The translations under genes and the position numbers were made by a program. 64,000 nucleotides of DNA, from NCBI RefSeq assembly GCF_964204865.1, contig NC_135257.1, positions 22,072,001-22,136,000 of the forward strand, given 5' to 3'. The notes below the pieces were generated by a model that worked only from the letters and a program-made list of their open reading frames with translations, ran no database searches and was not told the DNA's origin. Positions 50,413 to 63,933 of the stretch are shown here, one piece after another (the stretch's first letter is position 1; the number at the start of each line of letters is the position of its first letter). The stretch comes from Styela clava (lineage: Eukaryota).

Positions 50413-52139
50413 CAGGTCGGGTATGGGATTAATTAGACAGGTATTTATTTTCGGAAACATGGACTTGATTGTAGAGAAAGCCGTAACAGACCATCAGTTA
50501 CGTGAACCACCCTACGGGGCAGGCAATGATTCCAGACATTATCTTGTCCATAACCATCCCTGCATGGGATTCGAACCTGGAAACACGCACAGGGTAATCA
50601 GAAATCCGGTGGCGAGCGTATTCGAATCACCGAGCCTTTGTCATGCAGATCCTTAGGTAATTATTTATTCTTCCCAGGGTAGTGCCCGTGTCCGTGAATC
50701 GCAATTTTGGAAATTAACATTTGAGTTTCGTGAAGTTCGCGTATGTTCATAAAACATTTACAAACAAGGCCCTAACCATTTCTAGACGAGGCCATGTTAG
50801 CAATGATAAATTAAAACAGCCGCCTATCTTTAAAGTACACTGCGCGACGTCGACCGTTTGACTTCATCGCCTGAGGGAAACGCAACATAAGACTAGAAAT
50901 AGCACTCTTACTAATTCTTACCTGACGCTATTTTTAAAGTTTGAGTCTGAATTTTTAACTAAGTTAGACTATTCTTCTCGTCTCACATTCTTGTTATAAC
51001 ATTTATAATATTTATATATCCACATAGTTTAATCTTTTACGCTTCGAAAGTGGTCGAATGACAACGATTCTACTTTCAAAAATGTCTCTACAAAGTTCAA
51101 ACTTTTTCTTTCGAAGTTTGAAAAGTCGGCAAACTCTTCTATCAGCTACTTGTCTCTATGCAATCGATATCAAACTATACTGATGTGTTTTTGTCGACTC
51201 GCTTTTATGCTTAAAAATTTACGCGTTCGGATATAATACGCGCACTTATGTCGTGACGCAGTTTTGGATTAGCGATGTCGCGTGATCATCATGAGATAAA
51301 CAATGACAACGCAGAGTTAGTTTTAGTCATTTGCAATATTCTATTTTTAAAGAAATCGCGATGAATTTAAAATATAAACTTACCTAATCTATTAAAATCC
51401 AGCGCAAAGTTATACAAAATTATCTGTAAGTTAAGAGAGAATGTAAAAGGTATTTAGACAAGCAGGCATATACTACTATAGCAGACATTAAAAATACCCA
51501 AACTTTTAGGTAATATATCATTTATTATTTCTGTAGTTAATTTGGTGAACAAGGAGTTTCGAACATCTGTGTGAATGGCAACTTAGAGGTAGTTAGTTGC
51601 TGAAAGGAGAGAAATGTAGTTGTCAGAAACTCCGAGGTAGTAACAAGTAAAAACCTATTTCTACAGATAATTGGTGAAGATTACAAAGTTTTTGTTTCAG
51701 CATTTAATACAGATGATTACCGAGGAATCCATTTTAAAAAATTTTTTACCCCTCGTTTTTCTTAGAGTTCGACCCAAAATTATCTTTATACTGGAGTCGC
51801 ACTCAAAATTTTAGTCTCATTGGAGCCTTCTTTTTATTTGCTAGGAGGGTGGCAAATTTTTTTTGACTACAGGTAGTTTATGCAAATTTACTACGATAGG
51901 ATAGTTTTTTCAGTGATCATTTCCCTAAAGTTTAAGCACGAAATGCTATTATTCTGCATTTTCTGAAAAACACTTGCAAAATCAAGCTAACGAGATATTT
52001 CTTTCAAAAACAAAGGTAACTGATCTCTAAGCAGAATTGCGGCGACCGTTGAAGTGCCATGGGCCACTGAGATAATATAATAGTGGAACGAACAATTACG
52101 GATGAAATCTGAGAGCTAAAATTTTGATTATTCATTTAG

Positions 52140-52340
52140 TTTTTTTGGAAGCATGGACTTGATGGTAGTGAAAGCGGTAACCTATCGGCGGTACTTGAAC
52201 CACCCTACGGTGGCGAATTGCCCAGAAATTATTTCGCACATAGCAATCCGCGCATGGGATTTAAACCTGCGAACCCACGCAAAGTAATCAGATATGCGGT
52301 GGCGAGCGTATTCAAATCACCGAGCCTTTGTCATGCAGAT
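52140..52340 (-). mobile_element. tRNA-SINE copy
   Basis: GCATGGACTTGATGGT...GCATGGGATTTAAACCTG...GGTGGCGAGCGTATTC, shared with the other copies. Confidence 0.65.
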
Positions 52341-53488
52341 CCTGTCATGCAGATCCTTTGTCATGCAGATCCTTAGTTTTTTTTTCAGTCTTCCCAAGCA
52401 TGTCAGTGCCCGTGTCCATGAATCGCAATTTTGGAAATTGAAATTGGAGTTTCGTGAAATTTGCGTATGTTTTAAAAAACATTTACAAACAAGGCCTTAA
52501 GCCATGTGCGTCATCAATTGACCATAGGGTCCGCACTAATTTCACGTGTAAATCATTAAATTTACTTATTAGAATTTATCTCCATATAGGACATAGAACA
52601 GGGGTGGCCAACCTATGGCGCATGCACCAAACGTGGCGCATTGTATGATTAGAGGTGGCGCATTGCATCTTTAACCCTTTTCATGCCAAAATTGTTAATT
52701 GCACTTGGCTTCTCCACGCCAAGCCGTTTTTTTTGCGATTTCATGGTGACTTTTGATTGTACCTAAAATCTATTCTCCTTACTCCACGTCGCCCACTTAC
52801 GGCTTGTTGGAATTAGAAACAACAGGCGATTATCGACGTTTGGACGGACGGTATGACATTCATTCTAGACTTTTAGCAAAAATTAGTAAAATTTACTATT
52901 TTTCCCATACTGAAGTGAAAAGTTCAGAACTTCTGGAAAAATAGAAAATCGTCATTTATCAGCTTGAAACATGGATTTTCCATTGCCCAGACTTCCCAAA
53001 TATCTCCCAATAACCATTGAACAACCAGTTGAATTGCCCAAGCCTAAAAAAATTATAATAAATCAACCCACAACATGCTGAAAATGACCCCTAAATACCA
53101 CCTTTTTCATCCAAACTTCAAATGACCGTTGTCAACAAATTTGATTAAGGTTTAAAATCTACCAATAAATAGCAATAGTCTAACCTAACAAACATTGCTG
53201 CCAGCTCAACATCTTGGTTAAATCAGCAACATGTCGAACACCAAAACGAACAATACTTTCAACAACACCGTAACACCAAAGCCGAAACCACGGATGAGCA
53301 GAAGCCTTCCAGATCCTGGCCTCTCTCCTATCGGTCCCATTCACCATTAGATTGAGGGATCTGCTAATTTTCAACTGAACCTGCAAGAAGTAATTCAGAG
53401 ACAAATCGAGATCCAGCTTCCAGCTTTAATTGCCAAGTGTCTCGAAGATAAATTTAACCCGGCAAACCTTACTTCGGATTACATACCA

Positions 53489-54196
53489 TTGAGCCCTGGG
53501 CTTAAAGAGTGTATGGAAGAGCAAACGCTGTCCATAAACGAGTTGAAACATGACATCACATCAATCAAGGAATCTCAGAGTTTTCATTCAGATATGTATG
53601 ATGATCTCTCTGCAAAACAAAAATCAATGGATGTTAAATTAACAACATGCAGTAAAAGAATACGCGAACTTGAAGAATTAGTATATGATCTCGAAGAAGA
53701 TCTTTATTTTGTCACCGAAAAACTCGAGGAACAAGAAAGGCGATCCAGACTCGACAACCTTGAGTTTCACGGTCTTCCTCCTACAGTGAATGAAGACACA
53801 GACAAAATAATAATGGAGATTGGCAAATCCATCCATGTCGATATCAAACCCTCAGACATCTCTGTCACTCACCGTAGTCCAACTCACAATACTAATATTC
53901 ACAAACCTATTATAGTCAAGTTTACTAACAGAAAAATACGGAGCAAAATTCTGAAAAATCGGCACCTTATCAGAACTGCTGCCAATAGACCATTAACAAA
54001 AAACTTATCAAAAGCTTTTATTGTGGAAAACCTAACTGAAAAAAACAAAAATCTTTTCTATCAAGCTAAAATCCTCAAAAAGCAATGCGGATACGCTTTT
54101 CTTTGGACTTCTAATGGAAGAGTGCTAGTGAAAAAAAACAAGGACACCAGTCCCCTATCAATATCTGACGAAGAAGACTTAAAAAAAATCAGATAA
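53489..54196 (+). CDS. LINE ORF1 (coiled coil + RRM-like/C-terminal domain); probably starts upstream at ~53231 across a frameshift
   Basis: ERRSRLDNLEFHGLP, PIIVKF, ENLT, FLWTSNGRVLVKK. Confidence 0.8.
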   Translation: MSPGLKECMEEQTLSINELKHDITSIKESQSFHSDMYDDLSAKQKSMDVKLTTCSKRIRELEELVYDLEEDLYFVTEKLEEQERRSRLDNLEFHGLPPTVNEDTDKIIMEIGKSIHVDIKPSDISVTHRSPTHNTNIHKPIIVKFTNRKIRSKILKNRHLIRTAANRPLTKNLSKAFIVENLTEKNKNLFYQAKILKKQCGYAFLWTSNGRVLVKKNKDTSPLSISDEEDLKKIR

Positions 54197-54406
54197 GTGC
54201 CTTCATTGTCTCAACCATTTGTCTATTTATGGCTAATTCAAGCCATTTTTCACTTGTCTCAGACCTCACTCAAAGTCTAATATCCATTACTGCTTGTCAT
54301 TTTATATGTGGAGTAACTGCTTGTGGCCCTTCTACATTGAAGTTTTATTTACTGACCCATAATCGATTGCTTATATGCACTTTTATTATCCCAAGTCCAA
54401 TTATCA

Positions 54407-57400
54407 ATGTTGCCTGTAAATAATTTAACCTCCTACCCCCCAAATATAAACTGGGAATCTGCCAATCTTAACAGTCATTTTAGCTTAACACAGTGTCAAT
54501 ATCTCCAAATAAGTGAGATAAATGAGACTTCATCTAAGTTCCTACCATCAGAGTTAATTTTAATGCATCTTAATATCAGATCTCTGTCAAAATATGTTGA
54601 TAGCCTTATTGAATTGGCATCTTATTTTTATGTCCTTCCGCATATAATCGCTCTCAGTGAAACCAGATTAAAAGATGGGTCTTCGGTTACCAATATAGAC
54701 ATCCCTGGTTACGCATTTTTTCATGTCCCCACTCCAACCATGGCAGGTGGCGTTGGATTTTATATAAGAAACAATTTAGAATATCAAGTGATCCAAGAAT
54801 TTGATCTAACTTTGCCAAATTGTGAGGATTTGTGGATTGAGACAAGGCTAAATTCCAACAACCAGAGCCTTGTAATCGGTGTGATTTACAAACATCCCAA
54901 ATGTAGTACTCCATCATTCACTAAAGCAATGGCTGGTGTATTTGAGAAGCTGGCAGTGGCGAAAAAGAAATTTGTACTGTTAGGTGACTTCAATATCAAC
55001 TTACTTGACACCTGCGACAATTCCACTACCAACTATTTCAACATGCTAATATCCCACTTTGTAATGCCAGTAATAACAAAACCAACTAGAGTCACTCCAT
55101 CCTCCCACACCCTCATAGATCATATTTACACAAATACCATAAATCTTCTCTCCTCTACCTTTATTTTGCTTAGCGATATAACTGACCACTTTCCAGTAAT
55201 GTGTACTATTTCGGGCATGAATGTTGGCCCCAAAACAAAAATCAGAATGAGGCGCGATATGAAAAACTTTTGTAGCGACTCTTTCAGATCGGAAATTGAG
55301 TCGATGTGTGATAATTATATGGGTGTTTCTCTAACTAAAGAAAATTTCAATCTCTCTCTTGACTCCTTCATTGGCCATTTAAAATGGTTAATAAATAAAC
55401 ACGCCCCCTTACGTCCTTTATCACGTAAAGAAAATAAATTATTTTCCAAGCCGTGGATCACTAGAGGAATTCGTAGGTCAATTCGGCACAAGAACAATAT
55501 GTTCAAAAAAATGTACTTGCAGGGCAATTTAAACCAGCGCTCCCATTTTAAAAAGTATAAAAATATCCTTACTCACTTGCAGAGAAAATCAAAACAATTA
55601 TATTACCAAAACGTCCTTGAGAATAACCGAGGAGATGTTAAACGCACATGGAAAACTATTAACGACATTATTAAGATCAAGTCCAGAGATGATATTTCCA
55701 TCTTAGAATTAAAACTTGAAAATGGTACCTCAGTGTCAGATCCTGTCTTGGTGGCCAATGAATTCAATAAATTCTTCTCAACAGTTGGTGAGAGACTTGC
55801 AAGAAAAATCTCTCAGAGCTCTAATACAATCACAGATTTCTTGGGTGTTCCCCTAGGAAACTCTTTCTATCTTGAGTCGACGTCAACCACAGAGATTCTT
55901 CAAATAATCTCGAATCTGAAAAAGGGTAAAGCAGTTGGTCCTGATGGTATTCCATCTCACTTCTTAAAAATAGTCGCAGACATCATATCCCCAGCGCTAA
56001 GCCATTTTTTCAACTCTTCATTTAGATTAGGTATTTTTCCCTCCTCACTTAAGATAGCTAGAGTGATCCCTATATTTAAAAATGGCAAAAGAAATGATCC
56101 ATCTAATTACCGACCAATTTCCATTCTACCAGCAATCGGCATTATTCTAGAAAAATTATTGTATAAGAGAATGATTAATTTTTGTTCAAAATTTAACTTG
56201 ATCGACAAGTGCCAATTTGGATTTCAGACCAAACACTCTACCAACCATGCTATTCTAGATTTAATTTCGTCCATTTATGACAAACTTGACAAGGGGGAAT
56301 TTGTTTGTTGTACTTTTCTAGATTTAAAAAAAGCCTTTGATACTGTCGATCATCATATTCTTTCTCATAAACTAAGACATTATGGCTTTCGAGGTGTTTC
56401 AGGCAACTTATTAACTGATTACCTGTCTTGTCGGTACCAATATGTAGAGGTCAATTCTCATAAATCTCCAATGTTGCCCATCCAGTATGGAATTCCACAG
56501 GGTAGTGTATTAGGACCTCTTGGTTTCTTACTTTTTATAAACGATTTATCGAACAGCTCTAATTTCCTGACAAAATTGTTTGCCGATGATGCCTGCCTTC
56601 TCGATAGTGCGAAGGATTTGATCACACTCCAAGCCAAAGTGAACACTGGAATTAATAAAGTATATGAGTGGATGATATGCAATAAACTCACTGTAAATGT
56701 GGAAAAATCCAAAGTCATGTTATTCAGCCCTAAAAGCCGGACTAGAAATTCAAGTCTTTCAATTAAAATTAATGGTATTCCACTAGAAATCGTCCAGTCT
56801 TATAGATATCTTGGGCTTCATATTGACCATCAACTCAAATGGAACAGCCACATCACTGAAATGTACAAGTAACTCTCCAGATCAGTAGGGATTCTGGGAA
56901 AACTCAAGTATTATGTGCCGAGCCCAACTCTGCGGACTATTTACTTTGCTCTTTTTCAATCACATATCCAATACGCCTTAGCTGCATGGGGCTCCGCTAC
57001 TCAAACTAGCTTGCGTAAATTAGAGATTTTACAAAATAGGGCTGTTAAAATTCTCTCCGGAGCACCAGTTCGTTCAATCATAAACACCCTATATCATAAA
57101 GCCAGGGTGCTAAAATTGTCTGACATCTATAAATTAGAAATTTCTAAGATTATGCACCAGTTCCACAACAACCAATTGCCTGCAGCTTTCGCTGATTATT
57201 TCACTGTTCTCAGTAATGTGCATGAGCATAACACACGCTCTTCGACAAAATCGAATTTTTTTGTTCCCAGATTTTCGCTAAGCAAGTCCCAAAACTCCTT
57301 GAAGTATAAGGGTGTTGTAATTTGGAATAGTATTCCCCAAATCTTACGTGACTCTTCTTATGAAACTTTCAAAACAAAATATAAAAAATTCTTGCTGTCA

Positions 57401-57433
57401 CCTTACCAGTCTGCTGTGATTGCATCCAAATGA
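54407..57433 (+). pseudogene. LINE ORF2 (APE endonuclease + reverse transcriptase) with a single in-frame stop at 56870-56872
   Basis: HLNIRSL, SET, GDFN, IDHI, TDH, KPWIT, NYRPIS, DLKKAFDTVDH, PQGSVLGP, FADD, YLG; the same frame continues after TAA to 57433. Confidence 0.9.
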
Positions 57434-59262
57434 TGTGGCCTCGGCACTCTTTCCCGCTTGCTCCGCTAGGCCTATACCTGTAATAATAATACTTTTTTTT
57501 TTTTTCAATTTTTTCATGTCCTTATCTTATTGCATTCTTGCCAGTGATTTGAATTATGTAAAGTGTGCCATGCTAATTGCATGACCTGTATTTGTTCGTA
57601 ACCTGCACAATATAGTAAACTACTTTTCTTATGTTTGAGATGGTTCATGAAGCTTTGTACGAATTTAACTACATTGAAATTCTAAGCCCATCTGCTCAAG
57701 ATCTTGGTTAATTAGCATAACATTGTGACTTGTTTTCTCTTGCAGTCAGTAAAGCCTAAATTGTTTATCTGATTGTCATTATACTCTTATATAACATTGT
57801 AAAAGTATTACCTGATAAATAATATTTTTTTATGTACTTTTAAACTTTGCTTCATTGGTTCACTCAACTATTAGACTACGGTACTTGACTCTTCTTAGTT
57901 TTGCTGTTTCATGTCTTGTAGTCTATCTAGTTTCCCACTGTGAATGTTGATACTAGGTTACATTCGTTTTGAATGACTGTTATGGAATATCTTTCACATT
58001 TTGATATTTCATGTCTTCCCTGATTTTATATTTCCTGTAACGTTATGTGAAGCCCTGACTCCAGCTGCCAATCACTAGATCCCATTAACAGGTACCTCAA
58101 TTCCTTTCTAGCATAAAGGTATGGTTTATTCGTTGCTGATCCTGTTGTCGCCCTCAGCAAACCATGGGTTCCACTGTAACCAATAACCATGCGCCATCAG
58201 AATTTGACATTTATTGCCCATTGTTAGCTAATGGGCATCACAATAGCATTGTTGTGATACAATCCACTAACGCCATCTCCATGGCTACCGAATCAGTGGT
58301 GTTCGGAGTTGTCTTTTCTTTTGTTGAAGCCTAAGTGACTATTATAGTCACTTTGGTTGAAGCGAGCGATTGCTGGTTACAGCAGATCGTCTCGAGATAT
58401 TTTATGTATTTTTTTCCTCAATTTATTTAAACTTAGTTCGTTTTTTTGTTTTTTAAATTATAGTGTTAGACTTATTTTATAGGTGCCGCTGCTCGATAAC
58501 CAGTATTGGTTTCTCGCGTCTCCTTCACCCTGAAATATGGCCAATTTATAATTTAATTTATTGCAATTTGTATGTTTGTGCCTATTTTAAGTATGGTGAG
58601 AAATAAACTACTGATTACTGATTACTGAAATCGCTTGCTGTGACGCAAGTACTAATCTCGAAGAAGCCTGGAGTATCACGCGACGCTAGGCCAAACAGCT
58701 GATTAGCAATAGCAAAAGCCAATTAGAATCGAGGGTAGAGTAGAGTAGATATTGATACTAAAGGCCTGTTGTCACAATATTAGGCCTAACTTTACTTCTT
58801 AATCCTACCTTTTTCTCTTCGTTGTTAAAAACAGCTTTATTGCGTAATGCTCATAAGCAGTGGCGGCGCGTGGTCATTTTGACAACCGGGGCAAGCTACT
58901 GCGTCTCCCCATCTACTGGGACAGGATGAGCGCTGTAAGTTCTCCCATCATTTTATGTGTATGAAAATCATTCCATCGGTAACAACCAATCGGCAAAAGC
59001 GACAATTTTTAACGATAAGAAAGTGTCTTTAAAACCGGTCCAAGTCAAGGGATTAATAAATATAGACATAGTTTATTTTGAAACCTCTTTCAAAAGGAAA
59101 GGCAATATTTACCCAGATAAATACAATGACATATTAACAGAAACTTCGGGAAAGCAGACAAAACCTAAAATAAGGTTTAAAACGTTACTATGAAGAAAGG
59201 GAAGATAATGCAAAGATAAGGACATGCGTCGCTCACTCATAGATATATATGCTGCTAGACTT

Positions 59263-61346
59263 CTACTGCTTGAACATATATGCAACACGCCGCGGTTTCT
59301 TGGAAGCAAAATGCTCAATAACGCGATGATTAAAGTCATGCATCCCAGAAATAACGACTCTGTGAATGGATAAAACAGCCAAGGAATTTAATCTATCTTG
59401 CTTCATTGTGTTTCTGAGATACGTTTTAATACGCTTCAGCGTGCTGAATGTTCGCTCTGCGTCGGCGGAAGAAATATGCGTCGTCAGAATGATGTCCAGA
59501 AATTTTGCAGATTCCGCAAAGGTAGTTACTAGAGTGTTATCTATGAGGAACCCATAGAGCGCGCAATTTGATGTGATGTTCAAAAAAGTTTGATTGGTGT
59601 ATATACATCGCAATTCATTTTCCAATATACCCACGTTTATCATGGGGTAAAATTTGGAGACAGTAGCCAACAAATGGATGGGAAATTGACGTGCAAATTT
59701 TGAAAAATTTTTGGGGTTCATCAAAGAGAACGAGGAAAGGTGTTCAGTGCGCAGACGATCGCCTATTTGATTCACCAGAATGTCACAGCATTCCTTTGCA
59801 GACAAAATCAAACGCTGCGTTGTTTGCCCGCGGCGTAAAGAAGCACTCCGTGTGTCGTCGTATTTTATTGTTTCCCGGATACGAGATACAGCATCGCAGA
59901 AGTCTGAAATACACGACTGCACAGACGCTCCATCCATTAGCCTTGACTGCAATGCGCCGTATAATACATCCACGTGATAGAATATTGTGGAGAAAAAAGC
60001 GAGAAAAAATGAAAACTCACCATCTTCTAGCAGACGCTTTAAATCTGCCGCCTCCCTCACAGAGCGTTCGTCCCAAACCGGAGAGCTCTGAATGCCATTG
60101 AAACACTCAATGAGCTCAGACCTAATTTTGGACACGCCCTGCACCACGCGTGATTGGAAGTTCCAACGTGTTGGTGCACAAGCTGGGAGACGGCGGCTAC
60201 ATATCTGGCGAAGGAGGTCAGAGCGCTTCAGCGAAACGGAAAATAATGAAGAAAACCCCGAAACATTTGCAAAATGTATACGGACGAGAGGGGTATCAAG
60301 ACACATATTTTTAATAACGAGGTTAAATTGGTGTGCATAACAATGTAAAAAATGCGCATGAGGAAAACCTTCTTTTATATAAACTTGAACACCATGTTTC
60401 GACCCACTCATGACTGCCGCGCCGTCATAAGTTTGAGCTATCAATTTTGACTTCGCGTTGTAAGGCTGTAACACTTCTTTCAGTACAGCCGATATCCCGC
60501 AAGCCGTGCGATCAACGATTGGTACAAAGCTGTGAAATCTCTCGGTAGGTTTACCATTTTTCACAAACCGAAAAATCACAGCTAGTTGGGAAACGCACGT
60601 GATGTCAGTTGTCTCGTTAGACTGAATCGAAAGGAACTGGCAATTCTCAATTTCCAGAGCCGAATGTTGTAAATAAATTTTATACATTGAGTCGAGCAAA
60701 TCATTTTGGATATCCTTAGATGTCCCTTTCGAAACAGTTGCGGCATTAAGATGATATCTCAATACTGTATCTAGGGATGCGGTGTATTCCACCATATCCA
60801 AAAATACCCCTCTATTAGAAGAGCCCGTTCATCGTGCCCACGGAGGGACAGCTCGTGACAACCAATGAACTTCAAAACATCTATCAATCGACCGAGAACA
60901 TGGCGGTTTTTCTCGACGTTTTGGTTGTGCCGACGAATAGAAACCGCGCGTCCTTCATCCAACTGTGCTGCAATATTAACATTTCCGAATGTTCGGTATT
61001 TTACTGCATTATCCAGATGCTCCATAGAAGATTGATGATCCCTGGCACGCTCGGAAAGATGTTTAAGATCTCTAAAACCAAATTTACACCAACGTGAGTC
61101 ACGGGCGGTAGCGAAAAGTAGGCAATAAAAACAAAAAAGTGCATTTTTGTCTTCGCTGTAACACAACCATTCGTGTTTTTTATACCAAGTTTCTGCGCAT
61201 AATGTACGCCGACGCTTTCCTCCGTCATGGGATTGTTCCAGTGAACAATTTTTTGGTTGATAAGGCCCAAGACGTTGTACCTCTAATTTTTGTTCCAGCG
61301 GCAGCTGCGAAAACGGAGTGCGAAGTAGTGCATCAACCTTATTCAT
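59263..61346 (-). pseudogene. hAT (Tip100/ZMYM1-like) transposase: TTF-type Zn finger, DUF4371-like region, dimerisation domain
   Basis: FCFYCLLF...H..S.EH, LRGHDE, QSNETTD (first catalytic D appears as N), YDGA, HCYAH, TRW, SSADAERTFSTLKRIKTYLRNTMKQDRL; frameshift at ~60800; one terminus CAGTGGCGGCGCGTG at 58858. Confidence 0.9.
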
Positions 61347-62404
61347 TATGAGGTCTAAGGCTAAGAAATGCGAAGCCGGAAAGAAGTGAGGAGCTCAAAA
61401 GGAATGTGGAAAATCGAAAGCAAATGGACTAAAGGTCTCTAACTGATTCAAATAGCGAAACAAGCGACAAAAACGAAGGCGAGGAAACTATCAACTCTTC
61501 AAGCAACCAACGAACGAGAAGGAATGCGTGAATATGTGTTGTAAGAAACGTCGGCATTGTGTCGTCATAATTTCGGGGCTAGCCCCGACCGGCCCCGATG
61601 ATTTAGTAAAAGAAACAGAAAACAAACGAGACAAACGCGGCGAGTGGAAGATAAAAGAGAGAATACGATATACAATGAGCAACCGGGGCAAAATCGGCGT
61701 CGCCCCGTCGACGTTCGGCGAAGGCTTTTCGAGCGTAAAAGGAACCATGTCGGGAGAATATGGCTAGTGTAGACAGTCTGTGCAACCGATATTGAGGTAT
61801 TTTTCGAATATTTTTTATTATACCGAAAAAACAACTCCTACTTTCAGAAAGGCTGTAGTTTTTACTTGAAGCATGGCGTCACAATGGTTCCCTCTTCGTA
61901 ATCAATCGTAATCTGTTTATCGTAAATTGCTCAAATTTTCGTTGGGTTAACTATATATATGCGGCTGTCATTGAGATTCATTCATTCAGTGTTTAATTCA
62001 GTGATTCGGTGATTCTCCAAATGAGTGGTTTTCTGTAAACTTAATTGGTAAAGATTCTTCTTGTGTGTGTAAAGGCGTGTATTAAGGTTGATTTTTGTTT
62101 GTAAACATTTGCAGTTGTGTACAGCAGCAAAAGTCTCATAAAGGCGGTACTTAAATAAAATTGATCAGTTTTATTTATTATACTTCCTTGCTTAATTTTT
62201 ATTCATGTGAAGTTGTAAATTGTAAAAACTACATATACGTGTGTATATATGTGTGTGTATTATAAATTTATATAATTTCAACAAGAAGAGGACATTAGGC
62301 GTGGGAATACAAGAGATTTACGACGCATCTGAAATATTATGTTTAAAACGTGGCGCATGGTATGTGAAAGGTTGGCCACCCCTGACATAGAGTATAGAAA
62401 AAAA

Positions 62405-62505
62405 TATCTGGCTAACTAATCCCATACCCGACCTGGAGTGGTAACCGGACGAGAGGCCGTGGTTCGCCATATGATTAAACCGTCTAATGGGCTTTCCTCT
62501 CCCCC
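62405..62505 (+). mobile_element. 3' fragment of the tRNA-SINE family
   Basis: Reverse complement of 49195-49259 + 50413-50440. Confidence 0.6.
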
Positions 62506-63812
62506 GGTATAAATATTTAAATCCTATCCTACGAATCTCCTCAACTCCGCATATGTTTATATAACCTTTACAGTGCCAATCTGAGGCCGCTACAACAACC
62601 GTCCCGCACTAATTTAATCGGTAACCTAATAAATTTACTTTTTATAAATTATATTCATATAGGTCAACTTTTTTATACTGTATACCTGGACTCATAAGGC
62701 AAAGTAAGATTTATTATAATTTGTATTCAGTTGAAATACAATCCGTATTGGAAAACGGTTTCAGGATCAATTCTACTTTTAAAAATGTCCTTCAATTACG
62801 TCTAGAAATTACCAAGTTCAAAACCCTTTATTCAAAACTTCGAAAATTCATTTATCTATCACATCAGCTACTTGTCTTTATGCAATCGATATCAAACTAT
62901 ACTGATACGTATTCGTCGCCTCGCTTTTATGCCTAAAAATTCCCGCGCTCGGATATATATATAGAAGCAAATACTAAGAAGCATACGCGCATTTATGTCG
63001 TGACGCAGTTTCGGATCTTTATAAGATAAATAATATTGCGTGACGTTCATTGAAAGATAAACGCTGAATTAATTTTACGTTTTAGCAATATTCTATTTTT
63101 GAAAAAAAAAAACGCAATAAATTTAGAGTATAGGTTTACATATAGTATTAAAATTTAACGCAAAGGTATTTAAATATACAAGAGGGCATATACTGCCAAA
63201 GCAGACATTAAATATACCCAATCTTTTAGGTAATATATCATTTTAAATTTTGTAGTTAATTTTGTAAACAAGAAGCCCTGAAGCTGTGTGTAAATTGCAA
63301 CTTAGACGTAGTTAGTTACAAAAAAGAAAGAAATGTAGCCGACGGAAACAGCGAGGCAGCAGCAACGGAGATAACAATTCTAAGTTTTTGCTCTGACCGC
63401 TCGTTTCTTTTAGATCCAAAATATTCTTTATACTGGAGTCGAATTTGAAATTTTCGTTTACCCAGGGTTGTCTTTAAATTGACTTGGATGGTAGTTAATT
63501 TCTTTGACTGGATTAATGTGTTCGATTTTCTACCTCAGCACAGTTTGAAGTGCTATTTTTTTCATTGCATTTCAGTGACATATTTCAGAACGAAATGCTA
63601 TTTTGCAAAGTGCTTTGCATTTTTTATAATAAAAATAAAATTGTCTACGCAAGTCTGTCAAAAATTCGTTTTTGATTAAAATCACCTCTGAAGTGCCAGT
63701 GATTACATTGCAAAAGCAGATTTATTTGAATATGTATATACAAGAAATAAATCGAATAGCGGTGATATTTTAAGATGATGCATTAGTTTTATTGGCTACA
63801 AGTTTGTAATAC

Positions 63813-63933
63813 TATTGGGTGCTCCTGAAGTATGCGCACCAAGATGTCGCATAACCTGAACCCTAACCTGGTACACAACCTGAGTTCAGGTTGTGCGCCA
63901 TCTTGGTGCGCATACTTCCGGAGGTCCCCAATA
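63813..63933. mobile_element. Short fold-back MITE related to 50008-50234
   Basis: GAAGTATGCGCACCAAGATG / CATCTTGGTGCGCATACTTC arms with inner ACCCTAACC. Confidence 0.72.

Larger units (their letters stand above)
49195..50660 (-). mobile_element. tRNA-SINE copy split by a Harbinger-type MITE
   Basis: B-box reverse complement GGGATTCGAACCTGG at ~50567. The halves rejoin as CCAGTCCAGGTCGGGTATGGG, matching the uninterrupted plus-strand copy at ~62421-62445. Confidence 0.7.
52730..58627 (+). mobile_element. Near full-length CR1/L2-group (Crack/Daphne-like) LINE
   Basis: ORF1 + ORF2 + ~1.2-kb 3'UTR ending AATAAA-(CTGATTA)n. The 5' boundary is approximate. Confidence 0.88.
52599..62384. mobile_element. 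hAT element (outer) carrying a nested LINE and a hAT transposase
   Basis: TIRs CAGGGGTGGCCAACCT / AGGTTGGCCACCCCTG; 8-bp TSD ACATAGAA (52591-52598) / ACATAGAG (62385-62392); subterminal GTGGCGCA repeats at both ends. Confidence 0.88.
50660..63660. repeat. Further diverged copies of the lectin upstream non-coding block (50660-51960; 52390-52590 + 62570-63660)
   Basis: TATGCAATCGATATCAAACTATACT and TCGTGACGCAGTTT at ~13656, ~30521, ~51157 and ~62879; TATACTGGAGTCG at ~44658, ~51787 and ~63429. Confidence 0.8.

Noticed and set aside
50560-50640. tRNA gene (B-box GGTTCGAATCC on the minus strand)
   Set aside because: No cloverleaf; it is embedded in a dispersed ~300-bp repeat, so it is a SINE head.
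59263-61346. Host ZMYM1 gene
   Set aside because: Intronless, frameshifted, nested in transposon DNA and lacking MYM fingers; it is a hAT transposase.
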